Shown here: one piece after another, positions 1-9,507 of the stretch | Layout of the letters: every line of letters starts with the position of its first letter | Numbering within the stretch: the first letter of the stretch is position 1 | Assembly (NCBI GenBank): GCA_963805625.1 | Contig: CAWDVE010000004.1 | Span: 96,001 to 160,000, forward strand | Source of the DNA: an uncultured Candidatus Rokubacteria bacterium | GTDB taxonomy: Bacteria > Methylomirabilota > Methylomirabilia > Rokubacteriales > DASRDR01 | DNA: 64,000 nt | Reading direction: 5' to 3' | Notes under the pieces: model-generated | What the model was told of the DNA's origin: nothing | Database searches by the model: none | What the model saw: only the letters and a program-made list of their open reading frames with translations | Made by a program: the position numbers and the translations under genes

Positions 1-257
1 ACAAGAATGCCTAGCTGAATGCGACGCGTGAACCGGCGCTCGGGTTCGCGGCGGAGCTCCGTCCCCACCCGTCCCTCGGGACTGATGGCATGCATGACGC
101 GGGTGGGAAGAGTGGGCGCCTCGACGAAGAAGTCGAGACGCAGGTCACCCCGTGGCGTTGGATCACCCCAAACACCATTGGCCGCGACCAGGCGATATCC
201 GGCATCGTACTCGAAATGGAATTCGATCTGCCCTCCTTCGTACTGACGTTCGGTCAT
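1..257 (-). CDS. Conserved hypothetical protein, partial (runs off the left edge; absent from the ORF track)
   Basis: Manual translation from ATG at 257 with GGAGA RBS upstream: MTERQYEGGQIEFHFEYDAGYRLVAANGVWGDPTPRGDLRLDFFVEAPTLPTRVMHAISPEGRVGTELRREPERRFTRRIQLGIL...; no stop before the window edge; protein-like composition. Confidence 0.7.
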   Translation of the reverse strand, partial: MTERQYEGGQIEFHFEYDAGYRLVAANGVWGDPTPRGDLRLDFFVEAPTLPTRVMHAISPEGRVGTELRREPERRFTRRIQLGIL

Positions 258-324
258 GACGCGGTCTCCTCCAGTGAAACGAGGCGCTTTCTGCCGGCCG
301 GACACGAAGTCGACCGCGGACCAC

Positions 325-1665
325 TCAACCGAGGAACTCGCGGCAGAGCGTTTCCCACATCGCGGCGGAGAGCCGGAGGCTCTCCACGTCGACCCGCTCG
401 TCGTTGCCATGGAACATGAGTGGGTACTCCGCGTGGGGGATGCGCGGGGAGTGAAGGCCGAAGCCGTAGGCGGGGATACCCTGCAGACGGAAGAAGCGCG
501 CATCGGTCGCGCCCACGGTGAGGCGCGGCACGATGTGGCTGCCGGGGACGAGCGCCTGCGTCACGCGCCTGAGGGTGTCGATCAGGGGTGTATCCGGCGA
601 TGTGAGCGAGCCCTCCTCGCGGCCGATGGACTCCACGGTCACGCGGCTCCGGAGGTCGCCGAGGGCCTCGTCGAGCATCGTGTCCACCTCGGCCGGCGTG
701 ACGCCCGGCAGGGCGCGGATGTCCACGTCGATCTCGACGCGGTCCGGCACCGTGTTCACCTTGCTTCCGCCCCGCACCAGGTTCGGCGAGAACGTGGTGT
801 GGGTGGAGGCGTGGGCCATCTGGGCGAGGCCGAGGCTCTCCATGCGGGCGGCGGCGTCCAGCACGCGCGCCGGATCGGTGAGTGCGGCGGCGAGCTCCCG
901 GTCGGGCTGGACGGCCTCCACGTAGCGCCGCCAGACGTCGAGGATCCGCGCCTTTGGCTGGTAGGCGGCGATCCGTCGCACGGCCTCGGCCGCGGTCACG
1001 AGCGCGTTGTCGGAGCGAAACGGCCGCGAGCCGTGCCCGGGCGTGCCCCGGACCGTGAGCCGTCGCCAGTTGACGCCCTTCTCTCCCACCGTGAGCGGGA
1101 GCCTGGGTCCGGCCGGCGTCGGGACCGGCACGCCGCCGCTCTCCGTGATGACGTAATCCGCGCGGACCGCGTCGAGCGCATGCGTCGTGAGGTGCTTGGC
1201 CCCGTAGAGCCCGCCGGCCTCCTCGTCGGCGACCGCCAGGTAGATGAGCGTCCCGCGCGGGCGGAACCCGGCGACCGCGAGGCGTCGCGTGGCGACGGCC
1301 ATGGTCGCCGTGAGATTCAGCATGTCGGTGGCACCGCGTCCCCAGACGATCCCGTCGACGAGCTCGCCCGCGAACGGGTCCCGGCGCCAGCCGGCGGGGT
1401 TGGCCGGGACGACGTCAGTATGTCCCATGAGGAGGAGCGTCGGGGCGTTCGGATCACGGCCCTCGATCCGGGCGACGAGGCTCGTCCGCCCGGGGGCCGC
1501 CTCGAACCGTCGGCAGGTGAGGCCGGAACCGGCGAAGTAGTCCTCCAGGGCCGCGACGTTCCGGATCTCCTGGCCCGAGCCGACGGTGTCGTCGTTGACG
1601 CAGGCGTTCCGGATCATCGTTCGAAGCAGCTCCGTTGGTTCCACGGTCAGCAGGTCGGGCGGCAT
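325..1665 (-). CDS. M20/M25/M40 family metallo-hydrolase (ArgE/DapE-like)
   Basis: Motifs LLMGHTDVVPA, WGRGATDM, ADEEAGG, GHGS, GATDARFF, HGNDERV; ATG at 1665 follows GAGGAG RBS. Confidence 0.92.
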   Translation of the reverse strand: MPPDLLTVEPTELLRTMIRNACVNDDTVGSGQEIRNVAALEDYFAGSGLTCRRFEAAPGRTSLVARIEGRDPNAPTLLLMGHTDVVPANPAGWRRDPFAGELVDGIVWGRGATDMLNLTATMAVATRRLAVAGFRPRGTLIYLAVADEEAGGLYGAKHLTTHALDAVRADYVITESGGVPVPTPAGPRLPLTVGEKGVNWRRLTVRGTPGHGSRPFRSDNALVTAAEAVRRIAAYQPKARILDVWRRYVEAVQPDRELAAALTDPARVLDAAARMESLGLAQMAHASTHTTFSPNLVRGGSKVNTVPDRVEIDVDIRALPGVTPAEVDTMLDEALGDLRSRVTVESIGREEGSLTSPDTPLIDTLRRVTQALVPGSHIVPRLTVGATDARFFRLQGIPAYGFGLHSPRIPHAEYPLMFHGNDERVDVESLRLSAAMWETLCREFLG

Positions 1666-1764
1666 GGCGTCTCCTCGAGGCACGTGACGGTGGCCGGAAC
1701 CCTTCGCTGACGTCATGGTAGGGGGGGCCCGTACCGGGGTCAACGGGCGGGCTGGCGGCGGCCG

Positions 1765-1870
1765 GACCGCTGGCCAGACCGCTGGCCAGACCGTTTGGAT
1801 GGTGTCCGGGCCGGGCGCGTGGCACGGGCCGCGAACTCGCGGATCGCAGGTCTCGGGATCGCAGGTCTCG
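1765..1870. repeat. Two short perfect tandem duplications in the divergent intergenic region
   Basis: GACCGCTGGCCA x2 plus a partial copy (1765-1793); GGATCGCAGGTCTCG x2 (1841-1870). Confidence 0.85.
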
Positions 1871-1872
1871 GG

Positions 1873-1902
1873 TTGCCGCGGCGCGCCGCGCGGCGGTAGA
1901 CT
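1873..1902 (+). promoter_or_regulatory. Putative sigma70 promoter for transaldolase
   Basis: TTGCCG-N18-TAGACT upstream of the GGAGG RBS and ATG at 1977. Confidence 0.5.
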
Positions 1903-1976
1903 GGCCTCGTGACGACGGCGATCCGGAGCGCCGACCGCCCGACGATCGGGCCGATGAGGACAGACAGGGGGAGGCC

Positions 1977-2630
1977 ATGAAGATCTTCCTCGACACCGCG
2001 AGCGTGAACGAGCTCAAGGAGGCCACGGCGATGGGTCTCCTCGACGGCGCCACCACCAACCCCTCGCTGGTCGCGAAGGAGAAGCGGCCGTTCCGCGACC
2101 TGGTCGACGAGATCTGCCGGATCGTCGACGGTCCGGTGAGCCTCGAGGTGGTCGCCACGGACACCGACGGCATGGTCCAGCAGGGGCGCGAGCTGGCCAA
2201 GATCGCCCCGAACGTCGTCGTGAAGCTGCCGACGACGGTCGAGGGCTTGAAGGCGCTCCGGATCCTCCGGGGCGAGGGGCTCCGAACCAACCTGACGCTC
2301 TGCTTCTCGGCGAGCCAGGCGCTCTTGGTGGCGAAGGGCGGAGCGACGTACGTCAGCCCGTTCCTGGGGCGGCTCGACGACATCTCGCACGTCGGGATGG
2401 ACCTGATCCGGACGATCCGGAAGATCTACGACAACTACGGTTTCGAGACGAAGATCCTCGCGGCGTCGCTCCGGAACCCGCTCCACGTCGTGGACGCAGC
2501 GCTCGCCGGCGCGGACGTGTCGACCCTGCCGTTCGCCGTCTTCCAGCAGCTCATCAAGCACCCGCTGACCGACATCGGCCTCAAGCGCTTCCTCGACGAC
2601 TGGCAGAAGGCCGGCGTGACGCTCGCGTGA
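1977..2630 (+). CDS. tal: Transaldolase / fructose-6-phosphate aldolase (small TalC type)
   Basis: MKIFLDTA, GATTNPSL, VVVKLP (Schiff-base Lys), YVSPFLGRLDD, AASLR, HPLTDIGL. Confidence 0.95.
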   Translation: MKIFLDTASVNELKEATAMGLLDGATTNPSLVAKEKRPFRDLVDEICRIVDGPVSLEVVATDTDGMVQQGRELAKIAPNVVVKLPTTVEGLKALRILRGEGLRTNLTLCFSASQALLVAKGGATYVSPFLGRLDDISHVGMDLIRTIRKIYDNYGFETKILAASLRNPLHVVDAALAGADVSTLPFAVFQQLIKHPLTDIGLKRFLDDWQKAGVTLA

Positions 2631-2648
2631 CGCGGTAGGCGTCGCGCC

Positions 2649-3042
2649 GTGTCCGCCGCGAGCCTGACGCTCGTCCGGGAGGTCTACGACGCGTTCGCGC
2701 GCCGGGACCTCTCCGCCGTGTTGGCGCGGCTCCACCCGGACGTCGAGATCCGTCAGACGGGGCTCGTGCCCTGGGGCGGGCACTACCGCGGCCAGGAGGG
2801 CGCCCGGGAGTTCTTCGGGCGAGTGCTCGGCGCGATCGACTCCGCCGTGACCGTCGAGCGCTTCAATCGACGCGGGTGATCACGTGGCGGCGGTGGGGCG
2901 GACGCGCGGTCGCACCCGCGCGAGCGGCGTCGCGTTCGACCTGGCTGTCGTCCACGTGTGGACCGTGCGGGACGCGCGACTCGCGCGGCTCGAGGTGTCC
3001 ATCGACACGCCGGCCATGCAGGAGGCGCTGGCCTCCGGCTGA
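2649..3042 (+). pseudogene. SnoaL/NTF2-like protein with a +1 frameshift at about 2864
   Basis: First frame gives ...YDAFARRDL...PWGGHYRGQEGAREFF...VERF. Removing one A from 'ttcaatcgac' restores IDAGDHVAAVGRTRG...FDLAVVHVWTVRDARL...IDTPAMQEALASG* (TGA 3040-3042). Confidence 0.85.
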
Positions 3043-3114
3043 CCGGCGCGAAGCCGTTCTGCCGGCCTGCTGCCGGATCGGGGTAGAGTGCAGGGCGATG
3101 AGCCAACAGTCCGA

Positions 3115-3155
3115 CACAGGGCGAAGACCGTCTGCCACAGGGCGAAGACCGTCTG
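3115..3155. repeat. Tandem duplication with a 21-bp period
   Basis: CACAGGGCGAAGACCGTCTG at 3115-3134 and 3136-3155. Confidence 0.85.
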
Positions 3156-3201
3156 ATCGAAATCGGCCGATCAACTCCCATGCCAGTCTAAGGGTAGCCT
3201 G

Positions 3202-4584
3202 GTGAGCCCAGAGAGCGACGTCTACGAGTTCGATCTGGTGGCGATCGGGAGCGGCCCCGCGGGCCAGCGCGCCGCCGTCCAGGCGGCGAAGCTCGGGAAG
3301 CGGGTCGCCCTCATCGAGAAGAACCGGTGCGTCGGCGGCGTCTGCGTCGAGACCGGGACGATCCCGAGCAAGACGTTCCGCGAGGCGGTGTGGGCCATGA
3401 GCAGCGCGCCCGCCGCCGGCGCCCGTCCGACCGCCGAGCAGCTCCTCGGGCGTGTCAGCGACGTCGTCCGGCGGGAGATCGACGTGCTGGACAGCCAGCT
3501 CCGGCGGAACGACATCGCGGTGATCCGGGGCGAGGCCGAGTTCCAGGACCCCCACACCCTGCTGATCCGGTCGGAGACCGGCTCCCGCGCGGTCCGCGCC
3601 GCGACGATCGTCGTCGCCGTGGGCACGCGGGCCGTCACCCCGCCCGGGGCGGTGCTCGACGGCGAGGTCGCGATCACCAGCGACGACATCATCCGCCTGA
3701 AGCGCCTGCCGCGGGCGATGGCGGTGGTGGGCGGCGGCGTCGTCGGGATGGAGTACGCGTCGATCTTCGCCATGCTCGGGATCGAGGTCACGGTGGTGGA
3801 GCGGCGGGACCGGGTACTCGACTTCGTCGACCGCGAGATCGTGGACGAGCTCATCCACCAGATGCGAAAGCGCGACGTCACCTTCCGCTTCGGCGAGGCC
3901 GTGGAGCGGTTCGAGGTGTCGGAGGGGCCGCCCCGGCGGGGTGTGCTGTTCCTCGAGTCAGGGAAGCGGATCGTCTCCGATCTGGTGCTCTTCTCCGCGG
4001 GCCGTACGGGTGCAACCGATCGGCTGAACCTCGCCGCGGCCGGCCTTGCTGCCGACGGGCGGGGCAGGCTCGGCGTCGACGCCGACTTCCGGACCTCGGT
4101 TCCCCACGTCTACGCCGCCGGGGACGTGATCGGTTACCCGAACCTGGCCGCGACGTCGAGCGAGCAGGGACGGCTGGCCGCCTGCCACGCCTTCGGCGTC
4201 GCCGCCGGGCCGATGGCGTCCCACTTTCCCGTGGGGATCTACGCCATCCCGGAGATCTCCATGGTCGGGGCCACCGAGCAGGAGCTGACCGCGGCCAAGG
4301 TTCCGTACGAGATCGGGATCGCGCGGTACCGCGAGATCGCGCGGGGCCAGATCCTGGGCGACGACAGCGGGCTCTTCAAGATGCTCTTCCATCGAGACGA
4401 CCGGCGGCTTCTCGGCGCCCACGCGATCGGCACCCAGGCGACCGAGCTGATCCACATCGGCCAGGCAGTCCTGGGGCTCGGCGGCGGGCTCGACTACTTC
4501 ATGCGGACCGTTTTCAACTATCCGACGCTGGCCGAGTGCTACAAGGTGGCCGCCCTCGACGCGGCCAACAAGCTCGCGACCTGA
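3202..4584 (+). CDS. sthA: Soluble pyridine nucleotide transhydrogenase
   Basis: GSGPAG FAD motif; CVETGTIPSKT (single Cys, typical of Sth); GGGVVGMEYA; C-terminal FNYPTLAECYKVAALDAANK. Confidence 0.93.
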   Translation: MSPESDVYEFDLVAIGSGPAGQRAAVQAAKLGKRVALIEKNRCVGGVCVETGTIPSKTFREAVWAMSSAPAAGARPTAEQLLGRVSDVVRREIDVLDSQLRRNDIAVIRGEAEFQDPHTLLIRSETGSRAVRAATIVVAVGTRAVTPPGAVLDGEVAITSDDIIRLKRLPRAMAVVGGGVVGMEYASIFAMLGIEVTVVERRDRVLDFVDREIVDELIHQMRKRDVTFRFGEAVERFEVSEGPPRRGVLFLESGKRIVSDLVLFSAGRTGATDRLNLAAAGLAADGRGRLGVDADFRTSVPHVYAAGDVIGYPNLAATSSEQGRLAACHAFGVAAGPMASHFPVGIYAIPEISMVGATEQELTAAKVPYEIGIARYREIARGQILGDDSGLFKMLFHRDDRRLLGAHAIGTQATELIHIGQAVLGLGGGLDYFMRTVFNYPTLAECYKVAALDAANKLAT

Positions 4585-4647
4585 CCGGCCCGGGGGGCCG
4601 TCCGACCGCGCGCCCGTGCCCCGGCGGCGCCGGCGGCCGGACGTAGG

Positions 4648-4863
4648 CTAGGAGCGGCGCCCGGCCACGAGCAGGAGCAGGATCCCGCCCGCCACCGCCG
4701 CCACTCCGACCAGCGGTGACAGGGGGATCGTCTTCTCGCGCTTGACCTCCGCCTTGAATGGCCCGACGTCGATGATCTTGTCGCTCGTTGTGTACGTGAT
4801 CCCTTGGTAGACCAGGGCGATCACGCCCAGGACGATGAGCGCGATCCCAACCAGCTTGATCAT
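4648..4863 (-). CDS. Small membrane protein (DUF3185-like)
   Basis: Two hydrophobic helices flanking YTTSDKIIDVGP...EKTIPLSP; GGAGG RBS. Confidence 0.8.
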   Translation of the reverse strand: MIKLVGIALIVLGVIALVYQGITYTTSDKIIDVGPFKAEVKREKTIPLSPLVGVAAVAGGILLLLVAGRRS

Positions 4864-4902
4864 GCGGCGACCTCCCTCCGCTCGCTGTCTCTATGCAGTC
4901 CG

Positions 4903-5925
4903 TCAGCCCTGGCTCCGGAGCGCCTCCGCGAAGGCGCGGAGCTCCTCGCGGGACGTGCGGCGCTCGAGCGCGACGTACGGCGCGATCCGGTCGAGCAGTT
5001 CCCCGTAGCGCTCGTCGAGCGCGGTGCGGAGGCCGTCGAGCGGCGCCTCCACCGCGAAGACGCGGAGCATCTCGTCCGTGATCAGGGCCGCCATGCCCGT
5101 CCAGTCGCCCTCGACCGACTTCCGGTGAAGCCGCAGCGTCAGGTCCTGCCAGCCGTGCGCGGCGAGAACCGGCTCGTAGGTCCGCGTCGACGCATAGAAG
5201 GCGATCTGGGTGCGGGCGTGCTCCCGGGCGCGCGCGACCTCCTCGGCGGTGCGACCCGTGATCATGAAGACCGAGCATGCCAGCTCGAGCGCGTGCCGGG
5301 ACCGGCCGGTCTTGGCGAGTCCCGTCTCGATGTTGGGGAGGGCAAACTCCCGGAGGTACTTCACCGAGTGGAACGGGTGGAGGTGCACCCCGTCGCAGAG
5401 CTCTCCGGCGAGCCGGAGGTTGTAGGCGTTCACCGCGGCGATGTAGATCGGGATCCGCGGGTGCTCGATCGGCCCGGGGGCGAAGAACGGGGTCACGAGC
5501 GTGATCGTGTAGTGCTCGCCCCGGAAGCTCACCGGCCCCCGGCTCTGCCACGCGTCCCACACCGCCCGCAGCGCCAGGATGTACTCGCGGAGCCGCGGCC
5601 CCGGGGGCGTCCACTTGACGGAGAACCGCCGCTCCATGTGTCCCTTGACCTGGGTGCCGAGCCCGAGGATCAGTCGGCCGCCCGACGCCGCCTGGAGGTC
5701 CCAGGCCGTGTGGGCGACCACGGTGGGGCTTCGGGGAAAGGCGACCGCGATCGCGGTGCCGAGGCTCACGCGGCGCGTGTGCTCCGCGGCCAGCACGAGA
5801 GGGAGGAACGGGTCGTGCCGTGTCTCCGCGGTCCAGAGCCCGTCGAAGCCCAGTGCCTCGGCTTCCCGGGCCATCGCCGGGACGTCGCCGAGGGCCTCGA
5901 TGGCCAGGGTCACGTCGACCTTCAC
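4903..5925 (-). CDS. LLM-class, probably F420-dependent oxidoreductase (TIGR03617-like)
   Basis: GTG start after GGAGG; AETRHDPFL, GTAIAVAFPRSP, GLGTQVKGHMERRFS, AFYASTRTY. Confidence 0.9.
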   Translation of the reverse strand: MKVDVTLAIEALGDVPAMAREAEALGFDGLWTAETRHDPFLPLVLAAEHTRRVSLGTAIAVAFPRSPTVVAHTAWDLQAASGGRLILGLGTQVKGHMERRFSVKWTPPGPRLREYILALRAVWDAWQSRGPVSFRGEHYTITLVTPFFAPGPIEHPRIPIYIAAVNAYNLRLAGELCDGVHLHPFHSVKYLREFALPNIETGLAKTGRSRHALELACSVFMITGRTAEEVARAREHARTQIAFYASTRTYEPVLAAHGWQDLTLRLHRKSVEGDWTGMAALITDEMLRVFAVEAPLDGLRTALDERYGELLDRIAPYVALERRTSREELRAFAEALRSQG

Positions 5926-6101
5926 GGATGCCTCCCGCGGACCGGCCCGGTCACGCCGCCCAGCGTACCCCAGACTCCCCCCCGGGCTGGCGGGCGGCCC
6001 GGTCAGGGGGGAGGTGGCCGGCCCGTCCAGCTCCTTGCGGGTGGCCTGGCCCCTTTCGTCGACCGGACCGGGACCGGCCCTGGACGGCCGGCGGCGCCGG
6101 G

Positions 6102-7154
6102 CTAGGATCGGCGATACGCCATCGCCTCGAGCCGCGCCACGCGGGCCGCGATCGGCGGGTGCGTGGCGAAGAGATCCGCAAGCCAGCCCTCGCGGTCGTT
6201 GACCGCCCTGCCGAGCGGGTCGGTGATGCAGAGATGGGCCGTGCCACGATAGATGCGTGCCGTCGGCGCCGTCGCGGCCTCGAGCTTGTGGAGCGCGCTC
6301 GCGAGGCCGAGGGGGTTGCGCGTCAACTCCGCCCCGGAGGCGTCGGCCAGGTACTCGCGTCGGCGCGAGACCCCTGTGGCGAGGAGGCGCCCGATCAGGG
6401 GAGTCAGGAGCACGGTGAGGAGCCACACGACGAGCAGGACCACGACGAAGGGGCCGCCGAGCGAGGCGCCGTCCTGCCGCTTCGAGTCGCGGGAGGCCGG
6501 GATCCCCAGGCGCAGGCGCGTCGCCCAGTCGCTCAGGAGCAGCACGGCCCCGAGCAGCGCAGCCACCAGAGTCATCTTCCGGATGTCGAGGTTCCGGACG
6601 TGCGCCATCTCGTGGGCGATCACGCCTTGCAGCTCCTCGCGGTTCATCGTCTTGAGGAGGCCTGTCGTCACCGCGATGGACGCGTGGTCCGGGTCCCGGC
6701 CGGTGGCAAACGCGTTTGGATCCGGCTCGTCGATCAGGAAGACGCGCGGCATCGGCACGCCGGCCGCGATCGTCATCTCCGTGACGACGTTCATGAGCCG
6801 CTTGATGTCGGGGGAGGCGTCCTCGACGGTCACCGCGCGCGCGAAGCTCGAGGCGAGGACGGCGCGGTCGCCGAAGCGGTAGCCGAGCCACGCCGAGCCG
6901 AGCCCGAGGACGGCGGCGCCGGTGGCCGCGATCGGCAGGGGGAGTGGCACCCCGCCCGGGTGCACCACCCGAGCCGCGCCGAGGACGAAGAGATCGAAGC
7001 CGAACCCGATGAACGCGAGAAGCGCGACGAAGCCTGCGATGAGGAGCCAGGTGTCGCGCCGGTTCCGGCGCTGCTCGTCGAAGAGGTTGCCCGAGGCCGG
7101 CATGGGCGACCCTCGGGCAGGGCCTGCGGAGGTCGGCGGCTCCTCCGCGGCCAT
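6102..7154 (-). CDS. htpX: M48 family zinc metalloprotease HtpX
   Basis: PNAFATGRDP, HEMAH (HExxH), SRRREYLADA, FATHPP; directly downstream of lemA. Confidence 0.92.
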   Translation of the reverse strand: MAAEEPPTSAGPARGSPMPASGNLFDEQRRNRRDTWLLIAGFVALLAFIGFGFDLFVLGAARVVHPGGVPLPLPIAATGAAVLGLGSAWLGYRFGDRAVLASSFARAVTVEDASPDIKRLMNVVTEMTIAAGVPMPRVFLIDEPDPNAFATGRDPDHASIAVTTGLLKTMNREELQGVIAHEMAHVRNLDIRKMTLVAALLGAVLLLSDWATRLRLGIPASRDSKRQDGASLGGPFVVVLLVVWLLTVLLTPLIGRLLATGVSRRREYLADASGAELTRNPLGLASALHKLEAATAPTARIYRGTAHLCITDPLGRAVNDREGWLADLFATHPPIAARVARLEAMAYRRS

Positions 7155-7158
7155 CCCG

Positions 7159-7716
7159 TCACCGCGTACCGAGGTCGACCCGCGGAAGCTCTCGATCCAC
7201 GGCATCCACCTGGAAGAACTCGGCCGGCCTGAAGCCGAGGGCGCCGGCCACGAGGTTAGCCGGGAAGACCTGCTGGCGCGTGTTGTAGCGCGCGACCAGG
7301 TCGTTGTAGAGCTGGCGCGCGAACCCCACCCGGTTCTCGGTCGTGACCAGCTCCTCCTGCAGTGCGAGCACGTTCTGGTTCGCCTTGAGATCGGGATACC
7401 GTTCCATCACGGCGAGCAATCCACCGACTGCCTGCGTCAGAGCCCCCTCGGCGGCCCCGACCGCCCCGGCGCCGGAAGCGGAGAGCGCGCGCGTCCGCGC
7501 GGCCGCGATGCGGTCGAAGAGCTCGCGCTCGTGCTGCATGTAGCCGCGGACGGCCGCGACCAGGTTCGGGATGAGGTCGTGGCGCCGCTTCAGCTGGACG
7601 TCGATCTGGGACCAGGCGCTCCCGACCTGGTTCTGGAGCCCCACGAGGCTGTTGTAGAGCCAGACAGCCACGGCGATCGGGGCGGCGACCAGGAGGAGGA
7701 CGAGGAATCCGGTCAA
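7159..7716 (-). CDS. lemA: LemA family protein
   Basis: YNSLV..WSQIDVQLKRRHDLIPNLV, ERYPDLKAN, ENRVGFARQLYND, FPANLVA. Confidence 0.95.
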   Translation of the reverse strand: MTGFLVLLLVAAPIAVAVWLYNSLVGLQNQVGSAWSQIDVQLKRRHDLIPNLVAAVRGYMQHERELFDRIAAARTRALSASGAGAVGAAEGALTQAVGGLLAVMERYPDLKANQNVLALQEELVTTENRVGFARQLYNDLVARYNTRQQVFPANLVAGALGFRPAEFFQVDAVDRELPRVDLGTR

Positions 7717-9383
7717 TGGCCGTCGTCGGCCGCGTCCGGCTCGTGACCGATGGCCCCCGTGTGGTGGAGGATGCGGTCTGCCACCCGTCCCTCGGCGACC
7801 ATGGCGGCGAGCGCGGCGCGCTGGATCTTGCCGCTCGACGTCTTGGGGATCGTCTGCGGGCGGACGAGGAGGACCCGCGCGGGCCTGAGCCCGCTCCGCT
7901 GGCGGACGGCCTGCGTCACGTCGTGGGCGATGCGGGAGAGCTCCTCGGGCGCCAAGCCGTCCCCCCTCACCTCCGCGACCACGTGGAGACGCTGGGTGCC
8001 CGTGCGCTCGCTCTCGATCCCGATGGCGGCCGCGTACCGGACGCCGGCGACGTGGTCCGCGGCTTCCTCGATGTCGCCCGGGACGACATTCTCCCCGCGC
8101 ACGATGATCACGTCCTTGATGCGTCCCGTGATGAAGAGGTATCCATCGGCGTCGAGGAATCCGAGGTCGCCGGTGTGGAGCCGCCCGTCGCGGAGGGCGC
8201 GGGCGGTGGCCTCGGGATCGCGGTAGTAGCCCTGCATCACCCCCGGGCCCTGGACCAGGATCTCGCCCACCTCGCCGGGTTGCGCGCGCCCGCTGCCGTC
8301 GGCCCCGGCGATCTCGACCCGCACTCCCCGACAGGGCCGCCCCACCGAGACGAAGCGCCCCGTCGGATCAGCGCGCACCGGCTGCCCGTGCGGCCAGACG
8401 GCCACCGCCAGCGTCGCCTCGGCCAGCCCGTACGCCGGCGCGAAGATGTCGCCCACGCCGAAGCGCTCCTGGAACGCGCGGATCGTCGACAGTCGCACCG
8501 GCTCCGCCCCCGACAGCGCCATCCGGAGGCTCGAGAGATCGAGGCCGGTGGTGTCATGGATGTGCCGGAGACAGTTCCGGTAGCCGAAATCCGGGGACAC
8601 CGTGAGCTGGGCGCGGTGCCTGGTGATCGCCTCGAGCCACGCGCGGGGATCCCTGAGGTCTGGCGGGAGGAGCACGAGGTTCGCACCCGTGTAGAGCGCC
8701 CCGAAGGCGAGCCCGATGAGCCCCATGTCGTGATAGAGGGGCAGCCAGCTCACCAGCCGGTCGGTCGGCGTCACCTCCACGGCCTCCACCATCATCCGGA
8801 CGGTCGCCATCACGTTCCGGTGGCTCAGCACAACGCCGCGCGGCACGGAGGTGCTACCGGAGGTGTATTGGAGGAAGCAGGTCTCGTCCTCGGTGGCGCG
8901 CACGGGCGCGGCCACGGCGCTCCCGGTCTCGAGCACGTCCGGCGTCAGGAGGTGCCGGACGTCCGGCGCCTCGGCGCGCGCGGCCTCGACGTCGGCCCGG
9001 AACCAGTCGATCGTGACGACCGCCCGAGCCTCGCAGCTCCGGAGGACCCGGGCCTTCAGCTCGGGGTCCAGGGTGGGGTAGAGGGGCACGGGCACGGCGC
9101 CGATCGCGAGGGTGCCGAAAAAGGTGAAGAAGAACTCCTCGCACGTCGGGAGGATGATCGCCACCTTGTCGCCGGGTCCGAGGCCTCGCTCGCGTAGCGC
9201 CCCCGCGTAGCGGAGGGTCGTCGCGTGGAGCCGAGCGGCCGTCAGGGGGGTGCCGAAGAGCGTGAAGTAGAGGCTCTCCGGCTCGACCTCGGCCCGGCGC
9301 CGGATAAGCGCCGGAAGGGTCGGGGCCTCGGCAGGATGCCACGGCGGAGACGCCCTCGTCCCAGATTTTCGCGATCGCGTCAT
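7713..9383 (-). CDS. Fatty acyl-AMP ligase-like AMP-binding enzyme
   Basis: LQYTSGSTSVPRGV, SWLPLYHDMGLIG, GAEPV, YGLAEATL, TGDLGF, GRIKDVII, IPKTSSGKIQR. Confidence 0.9.
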   Translation of the reverse strand: MTRSRKSGTRASPPWHPAEAPTLPALIRRRAEVEPESLYFTLFGTPLTAARLHATTLRYAGALRERGLGPGDKVAIILPTCEEFFFTFFGTLAIGAVPVPLYPTLDPELKARVLRSCEARAVVTIDWFRADVEAARAEAPDVRHLLTPDVLETGSAVAAPVRATEDETCFLQYTSGSTSVPRGVVLSHRNVMATVRMMVEAVEVTPTDRLVSWLPLYHDMGLIGLAFGALYTGANLVLLPPDLRDPRAWLEAITRHRAQLTVSPDFGYRNCLRHIHDTTGLDLSSLRMALSGAEPVRLSTIRAFQERFGVGDIFAPAYGLAEATLAVAVWPHGQPVRADPTGRFVSVGRPCRGVRVEIAGADGSGRAQPGEVGEILVQGPGVMQGYYRDPEATARALRDGRLHTGDLGFLDADGYLFITGRIKDVIIVRGENVVPGDIEEAADHVAGVRYAAAIGIESERTGTQRLHVVAEVRGDGLAPEELSRIAHDVTQAVRQRSGLRPARVLLVRPQTIPKTSSGKIQRAALAAMVAEGRVADRILHHTGAIGHEPDAADDGH

Positions 9384-9507
9384 CTGTGAAGCGAATTCTA
9401 ACACCGGCACGGGCCGCGCCTCGCCACCTCCGGGGTCAGACGGCGCGAAATCGACCGTCGAGAACGACTCGATTCTGCGACGGTCACACTCCGATCCCGG
9501 TGTCGCG

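Noticed and set aside
1765-1870. 12- and 15-bp tandem repeats as iterons or operators
   Set aside because: Only two copies each, unrelated to one another, with no rep gene or regulator nearby; likely slippage duplications.
3110-3202. Resemblance to a c-di-GMP-I riboswitch (CACAGGGC..., TCTAAGG...GGTAGC)
   Set aside because: It lacks the GGCAAA...GAAA...GACGCAAA core; the similarity is explained by the tandem duplication and chance.
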